Notes: a model not told the origin generated them from the sequence alone. Shown: positions 33,801 through 48,014, numbered from the whole stretch's first letter. The stretch: DNA of 63,648 nt, filler included, from Intoshia linei (GCA_001642005.1; 6 parts of 6 records of this genome joined end to end with filler, not necessarily neighbours in it); one strand, 5' to 3'. Translations and numbers: made by a program.

Positions 33801-36800
33801 GGAATTTAAAAATATTTTAAGTGAATTTAATAAACATCTAATCGGCATACAATCAGGAATTTCTAATGGTCCATTATTTTTATTTTGGGAATCATTTGTA
33901 GATACTCAAAAATCAGACAATGAGAACAATGTCGTACACGTCGCCTTTTCAAATCATAATCAAATGTATTCCTCTTTTAAAAATGGATATATTTTTTTTT
34001 CAAAGGTATTAGCTAATACAGAACCTAAAATTGGTGAATATTTGACTTATGGAAGTTTTATTAATGAAGACAGCAATAAATGGTACATGGAATATAAATC
34101 TACCAAATCAAAGTATAAACTAGTTTTATTTACTAATCAAGATTGTGAGAAAATTGGAAAAGATATTGTGAGTAATAAGATATATTATTGTATTTGAAGG
34201 GGTTGGTAATCTTTTTCAGGATGAATCGAATATCTATCCCATATTTTGACAATTATATACGGTAAATGATTATTCATGATGAGAAATGTTTGTCAATTCT
34301 TGATCTAGATGAGTAGTTTCCAACGGTGTCCAAACCGAGAATTATAAGGCCTTGAAAAATTTTTTGGAAATATTTCATAAAATAGTTTTTTTATATTATT
34401 CAAATGTAATGGGTTGTACGTGATAAGAATTTAAGAAGAATTCCACTAGGTAATCTCAAAAAGGACAATTTTCATCAAAATGTTAATTATGGTTGTTTCA
34501 AAATACATTACAATTTAGCTGAAATTATACAATTATGTTGAATTATCAATCTAATTAATACATTTAGGATACATGGAGTGTGTTAAATGGACTAATCTAA
34601 GTACTTACGAACTTAACATGAAACTATTACATGAAATGAACAAAACTATCGGAATTATAAGTAAGACAAACTATAAATAATGCTTGTTCAATGAACATTG
34701 TTAATTTTACTTAAAATTTAATTTTTGCGAAACTTTAAACAAAAAGATAATTTCATTAATTTTTAAATAAAATTAAAGCAAAGTAGTAAAAACAAAAATC
34801 AAATCATTACGTTGAAAATAAATAATTTATATTTTTTAAATCATAGGGCTTAAACGGGTTGGTACTACCAACTTGGTAAAAGTCAATTTATTTTTATTAT
34901 CGTTTTAAAATGAGGACTAAGCACCACCCAGTAATGTTTGGTAAGTAATTGTAAGTTTAGTTGATGATACAAGTATTGAGCCTAAAGCTGTGCACATCAT
35001 TGATGAAAAAATAATTCAACTAATCAATTATCTTGATTACTTACCAGTCATTACATTCAACCCTCAATGTTTCAATATTAACCGGAAAATGAACACACAT
35101 AATCATTTTCAAGCAATGGTTACTTTTGGAGACATAAGGTATTACAAAATTAAAAAGAAATAAGTTTTAATTGCATCTTATTAGATTAAAATGGAGACAA
35201 TACCTTATAACAAATATTATTGAATCAAACTCTTCTTCATCTGTATATAAAACAGTAATTATATCAGATTTTACGAAAATTAAAAATCATCTACAAAATG
35301 TTGAAAATATATACAAAGACTTAGAAAATTTTTCAATTTACAAAATATTTAGGTGTAAACCCAATAGTATTTATAATATCCTCGAAAGTTGTCCGATAAA
35401 TTATGTAATTAATTTTGTAGTTATCAGAATGCTAATACCATAATTTAATTTTATTTAGTGGTTTGAAGAAATTAAAAAAAATAAAGCGTTTTACATACAT
35501 TTGGATTTAAAATCAGTAGACTTGGCTTATCAAATTTATAAAATGGCTAATGACAATGTAACTTTCTAGAATTTTTTAATTATAACTGTGCTGATTATCA
35601 TTATTATATTAGAATTATATATTATGTCGGCCCATGATAATTTAAACTGCATCTGCTTCACACCCACTCACAAAATGGTAGTTTATCTTTAGTTGTATGT
35701 CTGCCTTTTAATTATATTAATTTAACGCAAAATCAATTTGTCTTAGAATACACCTTAGACCAGTGGCACCCAAATGGGGGCTTGAATTAGAAACATATTT
35801 CAGGTGAATTTTACTAATATTGCTATGCATAAATAATATAATAAATAATGTAATAAATATAAAAATGATAATAACAAAGTTGAATTACTTTTAGCAATTC
35901 GTTGTTGTAGTTTTAATTTAAATTTCAAACGAAAAGTTTTGAAAATGAGAATCAAAAATTGCGAAAGAATTAATTATATAAATATTCACCAATATTTCTT
36001 TATTGGAGACGTTTAATGCCATCTTTTTTGAAATTGTAGGATCAATATTTACATTATCAATTTTTATTTTAATGGAAATATTTGAGAATTTGAAATTTTA
36101 AGTAATGATTAAAAATATATTAAAAATTATTTTTTATCGGGAATGCGTAGATTTCAGGGGTTGAAATTTTGTATTTATATCAATAGAATAAGCTCTATCA
36201 GAATAATATTTTTTTTTTTTAATTTTCGGACCGTTAATTATTTCACATTTTTTGTTTTAATAAAATATTTCGGAAAAAAAATATGAATACTAAAATGCTT
36301 TTTGGCCCTGAAGATATAATTTTTTTTAATTTAAATTTATGATAATGTTTATGATTTTAAAATCCGTATCAGCGTATTTAATTTTATTAATTATCCAACT
36401 CGTTTGATTTTTAAAAAGAGGGACAACTGTGGTTTTTGACCCGTAAGGTGTGAAATTGGGAAGTTGAAATTTATCTTATTATACTTTTCGGAAAAAACTG
36501 TAATTGAAATGTGGTCTTTAAAAAATTTTAAGACTGGTAGTTATTTCAATAAAGCGTAACACACACAGAGACACACACAAACAAAAATCGCGTAGCATAT
36601 TATATAAGTTAGGATGTTAATAATTATGTATATACAGTAAGTAAGTAAGGATAAACGTAAAAATAAACAAAATTAAACATCATACATTAAATTATAGGTG
36701 CTTGGTATAGCTTAATATTTTTTGTAAAGTACAAAAGTTATAAACTTATCATGTGATTTCAGTGATTTAGTACAGATATCACTATCGGATTCATTAGAGT

Positions 36801-38699
36801 TCATCAACATGGTGCGAAAGACGACCCGAAAGCAAACTTAAAAAATGACTTCAACACGACCCTAAGCATCTATGTGTTAAAGTCATCAATAACAGTCTTT
36901 CATTAAATTTAATCCAAATACAAATTTCGGATCTTACTGAATCATGCTTTGATCCGTGTTATAGAACTCTATTCGCCACCTATTATATCCATCTAATTGC
37001 ATAATATTAAGTTATAGATCAAATGTGGCCACAAAATGACCATTTTAATGCGGTCCGTTATGTGCTGTACTAAATATTAATTACACTTTTTAAATTATTT
37101 AAAAATACCCTTATTTATATATTTTTTTATAATACCCTAATAAACTTTTTTTTAATTTGCCAATTTGCGAAAAATTGGTAACGAACCGCTTTAAGCGGTA
37201 CAATTTGAAATAAACTATAAAATTTGATCTATTATTTTCATTTATAATCTGAAAATTCAAAATATTACTTACAATTGAAAAATTTAATACAAGTATTGAT
37301 CATTATTTTTAGAATATGGATTTTAAAAACAGATACATCTGGGTCTGGACAGCTCGCTATATACAACCTGAAATGACGGCAAATATTGATAAAACAATAA
37401 TTGTTTCATCTATACCAGTAAATATAATATATACAAACTAATTGTTGAAGCTTTAAATACATATGGAGCAAACCTGTTAGTATTTATTGGAATAGGGATT
37501 TGTAATAGGAAAATAACCAATTCATATTAACAAGATTTAGGGGAAACATTTTGGTGCGTTGATACTGGGACAGTAATACTGACCCTCTCCGCTTCCTGGG
37601 TGAATAATATTCTGTACTATGTATAAATTGTACGACACCGTGTAGTTGTTCGAAACTAAATCAATTCTCTGGTCATACATTTAAAAATTTAATTTGATTA
37701 TAGATTTAATCTATACATTTGGTATAACTAGAATCGAAACATATTACTTGTACATTTTAGGAGAAACAGGAATACACTAGAGTTGAATACATTGCAGAAA
37801 AGTTGTACAAAAAATTTCACGAATATAGAATGGTCAATGAGAATCATTTGGATGAATCTATATTTTTTGTCGATTTGTAATTTATTGTCGATTTGAATTT
37901 AAAAATAATTACAAATTAATGTTAAGAAAAATCAAATTTATATTGACATTTTAAATATAGAATACACAAACAGAAATATTTTGGAAATGATGGAAAATTA
38001 TCTTCTAAACTAGTTGTAAAACAGATTGAAAAAGGTCTAATAGTTTCAAATAGTATATATGAAATTTTTAAAGAAAATTTGGAAAAATCATTTGGTAAAA
38101 CGTGACATGAAATATAAAAATTTAAAATTAGACGTCAAAAACTATTATGGAATGACTAAATTTCGAAAATATTTTGATTGGTCTCGTTCAGATTTTATCA
38201 TGTACATTAGTTTGTTTGTAATATCTATTGTTTTAATAATTATTTTGGCTATTTTGGTAATAAACATCAAAAGGTAGCATTATATTTTTAGTTTATCTAA
38301 TTTTTACTTAGAATGAGACACATTCTCAACAATGGTAAGGAATACGGCATTGCCGATACTTGCTTTGAAATGATCTTACCAACTAAAAAAGTGAATATTT
38401 GTGATGTCGTTTTAAAGAAAAAGCTGGGGGAAGGGGAATTTGGATCAGTTCACTCTGGAGAGGTTTTTTTAGGAAATGAATGGCTAAAGGTTGCAATAAA
38501 AACATTTAAAAACTTTTCCGATAGAATGACATTTGTAATGAATGCAATTGTTTCATTATTTAATTGTATTCATTTTAGAGCATGTTTAAAAAGGAATGCC
38601 TCATTTTATCTCAACTTTTGCACGAAAATGTAATTTCTTTGTGTGCTTTAGTATATGATGAGGCAAGGTGCTATTTGATTACTGAATATATACTTTTGG
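30845..38699 (+). CDS. Receptor tyrosine kinase, probably Venus kinase receptor-like; 3' kinase exons lost at gap
   Basis: Large multi-exon ectodomain with VFT-like EYGFLKNRYIWVW, TM segment FIMYISLFVISIVLIIILAILVI, and kinase LGEGEFGSVHSGEVFLGNEWLKVAIKTFK...FKKECLILSQLLHENVISL...LITEY. The 5' exons could not be joined without stops, so the start is uncertain. Confidence 0.7.
32917..33250. repeat. Direct tandem duplication of ~175 bp in RTK intron
   Basis: ACAGCTGTATA...GTCTATTCGATGTAGTTTT...TTATTCGAATAAT...CTTCGACATATT at ~32917 and ~33091. Confidence 0.75.
35860..36614 (-). mobile_element. Helitron family A, 5' half
   Basis: Minus-strand start A|TCCTAACTTATATAATATGCTACGCG at 36614; body homologous to 21550-22459. 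Confidence 0.8.
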
Positions 38700-40018
38700 G
38701 TAATTTAAACGTTTAATTCATAATAATTTAATTGGGTATTCAATATACGGATATAAACTTCAAGGAGATTTAAATTTACATTTATCATATTGATTAAAAA
38801 TTAACTTGGTTATTTAAATATTAATTTAGAATCTAATACTTTATTTTCGTTTATTTACATGTTTTTAATGAAAATAGATTTGAATTAAATTTGTACGAAC
38901 TTAGTTGTGTCCATCCACTGCTCCAGAATTTGTTTTTTTAAATTGTATGACTCATTTAATTTTTAAAAAAAGGTCATTTTGGTTTGTGACCCTGAAGGAC
39001 TAAATTACTGAAAATGAAATTTGCGTTAAAACCTCAGCCTCAAAAAAATGTATGAGAAAATCAATTTTATTAAATATTGGACTTTTAGTTTTTTAATTAA
39101 ATTGTAAACACATACAGAAACATTCATTTTTATATAATTAAAGGAAAACATGTGTTGTATGATAATGACATCATACACATGTACATTAGGGCTGTTCATA
39201 TTTTACAAAATTTTCGATTCGAAAAAAATCCACCCCTACCTTGAAGAGGGTACTTTAAAACCCATAAAAATAAAATTTTAGAAAAAATGACCTTAAAAAT
39301 GTGTACCCTTTTTGAATTTTAAGGTTTTCGGTATTTTACTGCCTCACATAATCCAGATACTCTGAATAATCGTTCCTACTGCTCCTTGGGTTTTTAATTT
39401 TTATACCTGCTCCTTTATAATGTGGTAACCACAGCAAAAAATTAATTTTGAGAATCTCAACAAAACTACAGGATATATTATATATATATTAACCGGAAAT
39501 TTAAATGTGAGATAAATTTGTAGTATTCTATTAACAACATGTAATCTACATGGTTGGTAAATCAAATGAGGCATAACATCTGTCATTTTCTTTATAACAC
39601 ATGATTTTTTTTCGGTATTGGTTGATGTGGTATCACATATGACTTTTTATTCTTGACGAGATACCATACATTGTTATAACCGATTGCACAACATCAAATA
39701 TTGTTGATGATTTTCCATTAATTATTATTTTCATTGCAATGCATATCTGCAAAGATTCGCCGCTGAGACAAATTGANNNNNNNNNNNNNNNNNNNNNNNN
39801 NNNNNNNNNNNNNNNNNNNNTTAATTAATTAANNNNNNNNNNNNNNNNNNNNNNNNNNNNNNNNNNNNNNNNNNNNTTAAGACATGTGTGCAGCAGCACA
39901 TTTCTAATACAGTTACATTTCTAATATTTTTGTTAAATTCATTTAACGAAAATGGCAAAACGTTAAAATAGCATTTTCGTTAAATGAGATTTTGACTGTA
40001 TTTATTTTATTTAAATAG

Positions 40019-43000
40019 GTATAGTTGGATTAATTTGGTGTTTCTTCTGGATAAAATTTTCTGCTGTATCTCCGAACACGCACAAATATATAACAGATAA
40101 AGAGATTGATCATATAGAATTGAGTCTGTTGAGTGACCAATCACGATTGTCATTAAAAATTAATTCCGTAATTTTCATACTAACTTTTAATATTATATGT
40201 AGTTTATAATTAATGTTATTTAGATATTTTGTATACCATGGAAAAGTATATTTACTTCAAAACCTGTATATGCTATTATTATTGCAAATATGTGTCGGAG
40301 TTGGTCATTTTATTTACTCATTATTATGCAGATAAAATTTTTCAAACAAAAATATAATTTAAAATTGGCAACGGTAAATCTCAATGTATGAATAAAATAA
40401 AATAAATCTAAACCACACATGACAATCTGAGAAAATTAGGTTAAGTTTTGAACATACAGTGATGTTTGATACATATAAAAAATATATAAGATAATAATTT
40501 TACTTTAAATTTGTTACAATTTACGATAAATTTTTACATTTCGTGAACCATTTTATTTTAGATAGTGGGGTACATCAGCTTTTCCCAACCGTCGCTCCGT
40601 ATAATTTTTAATAATTATGAGTCGATAAAAATAGGTGTTCCATTAATGGAACAATGGTAACATTGAGTAGTACAAAAATATCATTGTAGACAAAAAAATA
40701 TGTGCGCATTACGTATTAACCATTGCGCACATACAGAAAATATAAACATTATACATATGTAGTACACATGATTCACGTGACCTAATATTTAATTTCGAAT
40801 TTTAATGACCTATCTACTTAGTTATATTCTAATTTTATTTACAATCAATTTTATTAAATTGACTTAAATTAAATTAAATTGTTAATATGCCAAAAAAACA
40901 CTTGTTGAAGAAGTTTTACAAGATTTGGATCAAACCGCAAGCATATCTCTTTTGCCACCAGATAATAATGGTCAATTAACAGATGATGAAGACATTGATG
41001 AAAATAATTTGGCCGAAGGAATGGACATTCTTCCTGATGATGTAGCTGAACAACAAAATAATAGAATAACAGTGCTCCACTGATATCTGAATCGATAATA
41101 AAAAAACAAGAAAAAGGATACATGGATCATATTAATGATGGTTCCATTCTGTTTTGTCGATGGAAAGACAATGCTCTTGTTACAGTTGGTTCAAATTGTA
41201 AAGGTATTGTATACTTATAATATATTATATTTATTTTTTTTAGGTGTTATCATATTAAATAAAGTAGGAGGTGGTGTAGACAATCTAAATCGAAAAAAAT
41301 AATTGATCATCCCTTATTAATTGATTCATATAATAAATCTATGGGTGGTGTTGATTTAATGGAAAAATTATTATCATCCTATCGATCAAAATTGCAAAGC
41401 AAAAAGTGGTATTGGAATTTGTTTATCAATGCAGTTAATGTTTCAGTGTTAGCATCATGGAGAATTTATCAAAATAGTAATATTTTTAAATTGTTTATTT
41501 ATTGAGCATTTAGGAGATAATATGAAGGAATCACACTTTTCTTTTCGATTCGCTCTTGCTGTATATTTTGTCAAAAGTGCATCATCTATGACAAATAGTA
41601 TATTATCTGGACCTGGTTCAAACCCACTACAGGAGATCAGATTTGATGGATTAAATCATTACTTGATTAGTCAAGCGAAACAGGCGCGATGTGCAGTGTG
41701 TCATAAGAATACATACAAATTATGTGAAAAATGTCACAAAAATATGCACTTAAAATGTTTTACGATTTATCATATTAACCCTATATATAGTATAATTTGT
41801 GTTTTAGTACCCAATGTTAACAGAGTTCCATTAATGGAACATTCGTAATTAGCACGTATTAATGAACTAATTTTTTTTCGAAGGTTATTATTGTTAGTTA
41901 GCAAAATTCATCGTATATTTTTCTCAAATTTATTTTAAAATCGTGTCATTTCTATGTGCGGGCAGTAAACGGTTAACCATAGTTATTTAATATTAAAAAA
42001 ATGGTCAAAATGCCATTTTCAAAGGTAAACTGTATGAAATCTACGAGATCAATTTTTAAATATTTCATTATTCTATGTAAAATTATATGCTCTATTGTTT
42101 AATCATAATTAAAATCATCGATAAATTTGACATTCGACCAGTGTTATGTATAATCAACAATTGGAACTATAAAATAACATTGTAGGGAGGATTCTATGCC
42201 GCACTGCCTCACATCATAATGACGTTTGTGGTACTATTTGGAGGATGGGCATCCGACAAATTACGAAAGAAAGGAGTAATTTCGACCACAAATGTAAGGA
42301 AGCTGTTTAATTGTGGAGGTACATCATTTTTAATTTTAATCGAAATATATTAGGTTTTGGATTAGAAGCTCTATTTCTACTGGTTGTGGCATACAGTGAA
42401 AGTTCGAGCAGTACAATAATTTACCTTACTTTTGCAGTAGGATTTAGTGGGTTCGCTATATCAGGTAGATTTGATTTAAAAAAATATCAATGAATCATTT
42501 AAAAACAGGATATAACGTCAATCATTTGGATATCGCACCAGTTTATGCTAGCATAATTATGGGAATATCAAATGCTTTTGGTACAATATCAGGTATATTG
42601 TGTCCGATTATAACGGAAGAAATGACTAAAAATGTAATTAATTAGATATTATGAACTAAATGGTATTAAATTTAAAAAACTAATTAAATTCCATAAATCA
42701 GGGATACTCAACTTTTGTTTTGTGATTAAATAAAATGTATCAATATTTCTTGAACTGGGAATTTTCGGGTCCGCATAATATTTTGTACATTTTATTTAAT
42801 CTGCATGACTATTTTAATAATAATAATAACGATAAAAATTTAATTTTTATTATCAAATTTATAATTTATTTATCTGTAATTGTTAATCTCTTTATTCTCA
42901 TAATTGTTAAATAGCAGATCTGATACTGTTTTTTTTTATAAGTTTATCATTTATTATCAATTTAATTTTCAGAAAGTTGAATCTTCATGAATAAAAGCTC

Positions 43001-45310
43001 AAATACAATTTATTAGCCACATTTTGCAAATTATTAATGAAAAATTGAACAATTAAAATTCCCACAGTTAAAATGATTTAATTCCAAGAGTTAAATTATT
43101 TCCTCAAATTATTACTTCAAACTCAGAAATTTGCACCTCCTTGATCAAAAACAAATTTTAATATTTAAACTAAAATTATTGAATTTACCAAATGCAAACT
43201 AAAAATCTTAAATATCGATGATGTAGCCGAATCTACTGTATCTAAGATATAGGTTAACTTTTATCCCTCCAATGTTCCCAAAATGGAACATGTTTTTCAG
43301 ATATTGGCACAGTACATCATTAATTTTTTACTAGATATTTTTTCAGATGAATAAAAAATGTATTATTATCTATCATCCCTGCGAAAAATTAATATTTTAT
43401 ATCACTTCGTTGATGTTTCAGATAATCGATTATAATTAATCATGCATATTTACTGATTTTTTGTCTTCTTTTTAATTTGAAATTTAAGCTTTTGTTTAAT
43501 GACTAGAAACTTGGCTCGGTCATAAATTATTTTCCATCAAATTTATAATACTGTAATGTAAAATAATATAAATTACTTTAATGAGGTGATTGTATTAATA
43601 CAATAAAAACCAATGTTTCCCAAATTGAACAATGGAGGTTTCCCAGTAAGATTTTACAATTATGAGTAATTTTATTTACAAAAATAATACCAAAGAATTA
43701 ACTTTTACATGATTTGCACTTTTAATATTCGTACTTCTGAGACATTTTTATTCTTATAAATGACATCGATGAAAATATAAAACCTTATAATAAGAGGTAA
43801 TCCTCAAAAATACTTTATATCAAAAAGTAATCTGACCCGACAATAAAGAGTCCATATGATTGCTGTTTGTGCTCGAAACGCCTTTGCAGCGACGTGGAAT
43901 TATAACAATGTTGATGAAACATCACTATCATACAATAAATATATCATTGTTCTAGCTAAAAAGAAATCCACCTGGAGGGAAGAATAAACCAACCTGTGCG
44001 AATTTACCTGATTAATAAGATATGATGAAATAGATCATACAAAATCTTCAAAAACTCCAATGAGTTGTCAATTCTGTAAAAAAACAAGAGAATCATTTGC
44101 TTTGGGTTTAATCTATATTTATGAATAAGAAATTTTAACTTTCATTTTGTCGAGAAACCACCAATGTCCCCAAAATGGAACATTTGGTAACATCTAAATC
44201 TGAGCTCATAGTAGTCGAATTTTTTGTGAGTGCCTTAGTTATCGTATATTCGACAACAAATGTTAAGTAAGAGTATCTGCGACCGCGGAAATTGTGAGTC
44301 ATTTCACCAAATTGAGTATTTTAAAAAATTTACTTTGATTATCATAAATATTTAATGTTTCAAATTTAAATTATCCAGGCCAGGCTCTTGGATAGGTGGC
44401 TCGGGTTATATGACATTACACATAGTTTACACACAAAAAATTACATGGCCTATTTTTATTTTCCGGTGGGCCTCGATAGTGATAGATGGTACAATTTTAA
44501 CGAGAATTCAAAATTATGCGTTGGCAATATTAATATTTACTTTATTAGGTAATTTATAAATGTTTTAATGAACCGCGCAAACTTTTTGCTTAAACAGAGG
44601 GTCTGTTGATTTTTTAGATAAATAATCACTCTCATATATCATTTTAAATTAATATTATTCATATTTAATTAAAAATATTTACAGATTGGCCCAATTACTA
44701 TTTCTTTGTAATACATGTCGCATGTATTGTACATCTTATTTATAAAATTTAGGGTTCTCATGAGTGGAAAAATGTATTTATAATGGCTGCGTGTATTCAC
44801 ATATTTGGCGTTATATTTTACGGCATAAATGCATCTGGAGAAATACAACATTGGGCAAAATCAAAAAAAAATATACCAGACGACTTGTACGTTGGATATA
44901 ATTCTTTGTGAAAAAAATTCGATACTTTCCTCTACCACAAATACTATTAAAAATTACGATTATTTTTATGTAATTAAAAATGTACAAAACTAAACATCTA
45001 ACGGTTAGATTCTGGCCGGTAAGCATTAAACATGGAATAGGCAAATGATATTAATTTAAATGTAATTTTATGAAGGGTTTAAGTATTTTATGATTCTTAG
45101 TCATTTATTTCGTATTTCTATAAATTCGTCTATTCTTGGATATATTTCATATTAAAAGATAAATAAAAGACTCACGTAAATACTATGTAGCATGATTCAA
45201 AAGTATTTAGAATCGCAAATGAATCGGCATGGTTGAAAATTTAGGAATCGTCGCATCACTACATTTCATTTTTTTACTTATATATTACGCATATTTAGAA
45301 CAATGTTCAT
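40019..45310 (+). CDS. Vesicular glutamate transporter (SLC17A6/7/8, eat-4-like), 3' half
   Basis: [51 protein letters not shown]|[20 protein letters not shown]|[20 protein letters not shown]. The putative last exon (~45210-45310) needs a frameshift, and the 5' half lies beyond the gap. Confidence 0.9.
40588..41972 (+). mobile_element. piggyBac (PGBD3-like) transposon, internally deleted, in VGLUT intron
   Basis: [36 protein letters not shown] and C-terminal CAVC...CEKC...HLKCF..YH. Subterminal palindrome GTTCCATTAATGGAAC at both ends; right end GG|TTAA. Confidence 0.85.
43256..44200 (+). mobile_element. Second, more degraded piggyBac relic
   Basis: Subterminal TGTxCCCAAAATGGAACA at ~43274 and ~44165. 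Fragments [19 protein letters not shown] and SCQFCKK resemble a piggyBac C-terminus. Confidence 0.55.
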
Positions 45311-45365
45311 AATATCAAGAGAAAACTATTTTTTAAATAATCCAAAAAAAAAATTTTTATGTTAA

Positions 45366-45755
45366 CTAGAGATGACTCTATGAGCTGCAATGACGTTTTA
45401 ATTCTAGGACTATTTTTATTTTTTAAAAAAAGGGTAATCTGGGTTTTGATCGTGAAAATGTACTTTTTTCTGGCTGCGATGTATGACTTTTTTCATTTAA
45501 AAAAAGGATAATTTGAGGGTTTGACCATGAAAATATTTTTGACAATTGATATTTATCATAATGTGCATCATTTTAAAATCTTTATGAGATTGTGTCGTTT
45601 TTGACATAGGACTCTCAATTTTCGCAAACGAAATCTAATCTACGAAAAATTTTATTTTAAATTGATATTTTAAAACTCTACATCTCTTACATTCTTGGAT
45701 AAATGGTAACAAACAGACAGACATACACTTTTAGCTAAATAATTTTATATAAGGA
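45366..45755 (-). mobile_element. Helitron related subfamily B, short copy
   Basis: Minus strand starts TCCTTATATAAAA with TGTCTGTC repeats and ends CTAG|T at 45366. Internal TTTTGACCGTGAA-like subrepeats are shared with family A. Confidence 0.6.
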
Positions 45756-46180
45756 CTAGATTAATTGTTATGTACTACGTACTAACAGGACCTAACCCTG
45801 CGAGGGCACATTTTTATTATACTTAAAAAATAAATTCACGTTGAAAATCTAACTAAAATCCACTATTCACTATTATCCATAAACAAGTGGTTCCCAAACT
45901 TGTTTCAGGTGGAACCATCATATGACATTACTAAAGGAGTGGTTCCAAATTTGTTTCAGGTGGAACCATCATATCACATTACTTTTTACTTTATAGTGAA
46001 TTATTTCATCTTAATTTTTTTTTTTTTAACATTTGCGTAAAGAATTTTAAAAACAATTGTCATCCCATTTTTTAAATTTATTAGACAGAATGTGTGTATA
46101 ATATTAAAAATAAAGTAATTTAATTTCAATAAAGTGGAACACACAAATAAATATTGCGTAGCATATTATATAAGTAAGGA
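45756..46180 (-). mobile_element. Helitron family A, 425-bp copy with both termini
   Basis: A|TCCTTACTTATATAATATGCTACGC start at 46180; hairpin plus CTAG|T end at 45756. Confidence 0.85.
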
Positions 46181-46259
46181 TTTCATGTTAAAATAAATAA
46201 AATAATAGAAACATTTTTATCAAACTCTTTCATATTTTACAATAAAAAATAAACTATAA

Positions 46260-48014
46260 TTAAAAATAGTCTTCAGCTTTAGGAACCTCTTTAATTTTTA
46301 ATAAGGAATCAGTGATATTATGTTTCTTTTCATATTTTTGAGGTGTCAATTCCAAATGAGCATTCTTTTTTTCTAAGTTTTGAATAGAATCTAGTCTTCT
46401 TTTAACAATATAAGGTGATTTTTTGTAAGGAGTATTTATAATAGTTCCTGAATTATCTGCATGCTCGTTGGTTTTAGAATAAGGTGTTTTCCTAAATTTA
46501 TTATTTATAGATTATCGAATATCAAATATAAACAATTGTTGGTTAATGGAAATTATATAAATATTTATGTATTGTCAATAACTTTTCAAAATGTAAGTTT
46601 ATAATATTTAGCTATTGAAGTACAATCTCATCCATAGAATTGATGAGATCGTTTGATTTTCAAAAAAGGACAATTCGTATTTTTGACCCGTAAAATGTTT
46701 GGAAGGTTGAAATTTATCTTATTATCATCCCCGGAAAAACTGTAATTGAAATTTGGACTTTATAAAATTCTAAGACTGGTAGTTATTGAAATAAACGATA
46801 ACACACAAACAAATATTACAAAGAATATTATATAAGTAACGATAAATTACATTCTCTTGTGTATCATTTGGAGTTGTCTAATTTTATTAGACTTTTTATC
46901 AGCAGGTTTTCTATGGGTTAATTGTTGTAGCAATCTATCCCTCTCTGGTAATTGATGTATTTTAAATGATGGAGAATTTAAATCATGGTCTAGGTTTAAT
47001 GGAGTACCGCATATTTCACCCCACGTCATTAAAGGTGTTTGATCTAAAATAGAGTTATTTTTTAAGAAATTTAACATTTAACTGCATTTAGAAACTTCAT
47101 CTACATGCACATATTTGTAACCACGCACAATGGGTGTACTTCCCGTAATAATGGATTGCCCATCTGGGCCAATTCTATCTTTCATGTTGAGGGAAGTTTG
47201 ATCAATTTTGGACATATCACTTACATCATCCAAAAATAATTTATGTACAGAAGTGTTATTATGCTGAATAATGTTTCTTTTAGCACAACATACATCTTGA
47301 GTAAAACCGTCAGGAATAAACATGAGGTTATTTTTATTAGTGTAATTCCAACTATCTTGTTCTGGACGTCGTAAAGAAGCAAGTTGCATTTGTTCATGAC
47401 TAGTTAATAATTTTTTACTGTCATCTTTTAATTTTTTGTAAATTTTTTCTTTGTCATAAAAGTGAGATTCAAATTGGTCCATAATTTCTTTGTTCTCTTT
47501 TACCACAACTTCATTAAATGATTCACAATCCTCGTGTATGTTTTTACTCAGATATTTGTCAAGATTTGGTAGCTTTTCACCTAAATTTTGGGTAAGATGT
47601 ATAATTTGATGTTTAGTAACCTGTTTCTGAATTCATCTGTTCCAACATGTGTTCAGGAGTTTCCAAGTACTGTACATTGTCTACATATAAGTTTAAATGT
47701 ATATTGAAATCATAATTTAATGTTTTACCAATTGTTTTCCTCAGAGATCCAGGAACATCAATTTGATTTTCTTCTGTTGATAAAGAATTTATGTAATGTC
47801 CTGTTTTTCGTAAATCTTTTACTTCAGGGAAAAAATCACGTTCAATGATTTTATCCAAATCTTCCCTGAATGCAACCGAATCTACAATTTTCCGTTTTTT
47901 ATTAACCGTAGAAATTGTATTTTTTTCATACGTAGGGTGAACTATCAATTTATTAGATAAAATTGATTTACTTTCAATAAGTTTCTCCGTGTCATAAGGA
48001 GACAATGGAGACAT
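46260..48014 (-). CDS. ESS2: Splicing factor ESS-2/DGCR14 homolog
   Basis: LDKIIERDFFPEV, LDKYLSKNIHEDCESF, WNYTNKNNLMFIPDG, TPIVRGYKYV, TPLMTWGEICGTP, SFKI...RD and C-terminal KAEDYF*. Confidence 0.92.
46645..46842 (-). mobile_element. Helitron family A, 5' fragment in ESS2 intron
   Basis: A|TCGTTACTTATATAATA start; matches 22240-22459. Confidence 0.65.
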
